A DNA stretch of 64,000 bases from Ferroacidibacillus organovorans (GTDB lineage: Bacteria; Bacillota; Bacilli; Alicyclobacillales; SLC66): positions 1 to 64,000 of the forward strand of contig NZ_LSUQ01000002.1 of assembly GCF_001642725.1 (NCBI RefSeq). The letters run 5' to 3'. Shown here piece by piece: positions 62,651 through 64,000 of this stretch. A model generated the notes under the pieces. That model was not told the origin of the DNA. It did no database searches and worked only from the letters and a program-made list of their open reading frames with translations. Within the stretch, counting starts at the first letter, position 1; every line of letters begins with the position of its first letter. Position numbers and translations under genes: made by a program.

Positions 62651-64000
62651 ATGCATCAAACCTATCCGTGGAACCCAAAAACGCTTGAACGTCTGTGTGA
62701 AATCGAAGACCTTTCTCCCCATTCCATCCTCCCGTGGATTCGCGCCATGCGGGCCGACGAATGGTCTGACAGCGACATCCACCGTTTGCTTGCGCTCGCC
62801 TCTGCGCGCTCGATTGATCATCACGGTCCATTCATCGGTCACGGCACGTTTAACGGCGGCCCCGTGCTGCGCGCATCGTCCATCCTCTCCCCACACTTCA
62901 AAGACTTGGCCCTCTTGCAAACGGCTGTCTACGTCGTTGAACTCTTCAATCACCCGAACTACGGCCCGTATCGACTGATGGCGATGAACCCTGTCATGGA
63001 AGAAACGCTCGATCGCTCAAAGCAGGCATGGATGGAAGATGTCGAATCTGGCCAAAGGCCCCTGCAATCTGAACATCGCGTGGTCGGCTTGTTCAAAGCC
63101 ATGGGAAAGCAGATTCGCTGGCTGTTGACAGAAGCCGCGCTTCGCCAATACCCTGAGAACGAACACCGCTTGCTCATGGTCCATCGCGCCTGTCAACTGC
63201 TTGACGACACCAACGGATGGAACGAAGCCGAACCACTTCTGCGCGCAGCCGTGCAGTATCTCGCCTCGCGCCCGAATACCCAGTTCACGTCTGAAAAACT
63301 CAGCTTCCTTCCACAGTGGCCAGAAGCAGGAAGGGCTGACGCGACGCTCGTGGCGCGCGCCATCGAACAACTCGCCGAGGTGGCGTACGGTCAAGAGGTG
63401 GATGTCCTTTTAGAACTGATCGCATCCGGCGCGAGTGGCACCTCTCTCCATGAAGCGATCGCTTTGACATCATCCGATTGGCTGCGGCGGACGCACTTTG
63501 ACGCACACGCTGTCACCGGTGTGCACTGTGCGCTTGATCTCTTGTCCGATAAGGAAACGCCGGCAAATCTGCGCGCATTGGCGGGAACCCTCGCCCTGTC
63601 GAGTTCACGCGCGCGACGACAAAAGGAAAACAGGGATGCGTGGCGCATACCCTTACCCGTAGAGGGAAAGGCGATCCTTCTCGACGAGGTCAGAACCATT
63701 GTGCTGAGTGACCCTGAGGGACAGCGGGCGGCACAGGCGGCAGGAAACTTTGTCCGCTCAGGCGGCGACGCCACTTCTCTCGCGCGCAGCCTGATGGAAA
63801 TCGCACTGACCACATCCGGGCCGTTTGACGCGATTCACAATGTAAAGATGCTCTGGGGGCTCCTCCTTGAGACACAGCGTTCAACACTGCCACAACAGGC
63901 GTGGGTGCATCTTGCGGCTGGCGCAAGAGTAGTGGCAGAGACAGCCGCTGCCGAAAAAGAGAAAGCCGCGCCGATTCTCACGCAGTGGAAGGAGTCATTG
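62651..64000 (+). CDS. Hypothetical alpha-helical protein with four His-containing repeats (3' truncated by window, absent from ORF track)
   Basis: GGAGG RBS, ATG 62651, frame open for 450 codons to the window end: MHQTYPWNPKTLERL...APILTQWKESL. Confidence 0.85.
   Translation, partial: MHQTYPWNPKTLERLCEIEDLSPHSILPWIRAMRADEWSDSDIHRLLALASARSIDHHGPFIGHGTFNGGPVLRASSILSPHFKDLALLQTAVYVVELFNHPNYGPYRLMAMNPVMEETLDRSKQAWMEDVESGQRPLQSEHRVVGLFKAMGKQIRWLLTEAALRQYPENEHRLLMVHRACQLLDDTNGWNEAEPLLRAAVQYLASRPNTQFTSEKLSFLPQWPEAGRADATLVARAIEQLAEVAYGQEVDVLLELIASGASGTSLHEAIALTSSDWLRRTHFDAHAVTGVHCALDLLSDKETPANLRALAGTLALSSSRARRQKENRDAWRIPLPVEGKAILLDEVRTIVLSDPEGQRAAQAAGNFVRSGGDATSLARSLMEIALTTSGPFDAIHNVKMLWGLLLETQRSTLPQQAWVHLAAGARVVAETAAAEKEKAAPILTQWKESL

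Noticed and set aside
62574..62978. 134-aa ORF in track
   Set aside because: Out of frame with the RBS-supported long ORF starting at 62651

Overview
A 64-kb chromosomal window from a spore-forming Bacillota member (germinant receptor, cotJ, yhfW-like, HutP, RocR, cre sites). The split Kdp sensor, Pho84-like symporter and basic secreted proteins suggest an acidophilic Alicyclobacillaceae-like organism (inference). In order: the 5' end of a group IIC intron inserted behind a terminator-like hairpin; an EAL phosphodiesterase; a PepSY protein; map; a class B PBP; rocR/rocA-rocD-rocF; a ger A-C-D-B operon; a chemoreceptor-like protein lacking its signalling tip; a ROK regulator with a sugar ABC transporter; a SpoIID/LytB pair; a large K+ uptake locus (KimA, kdpZ-F-A-B-C, KdpE, split KdpD); a rubrerythrin-VIT1 fusion; an ABC importer divergent from a phosphate symporter with a Pho-box-like repeat; a rearranged hut cluster; small redox and sporulation genes; a degenerate HEPN-MNT pair; and an AirS/YhcY-like two-component system divergent from a His-repeat protein that runs off the window end. 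The best candidates for undescribed biology are the two-tier hut regulation (AraC-hutUIG plus a separately promoted, HutP-attenuated hutH-hutP), RocR boxes without a sigma-54 promoter, the Pho-linked ABC/VIT1 locus, the tandem KdpD-N protein, and the redox sensor with its 4-His repeat partner. No rRNA, tRNA or CRISPR array was seen. All family calls come from motif recognition, not database searches.
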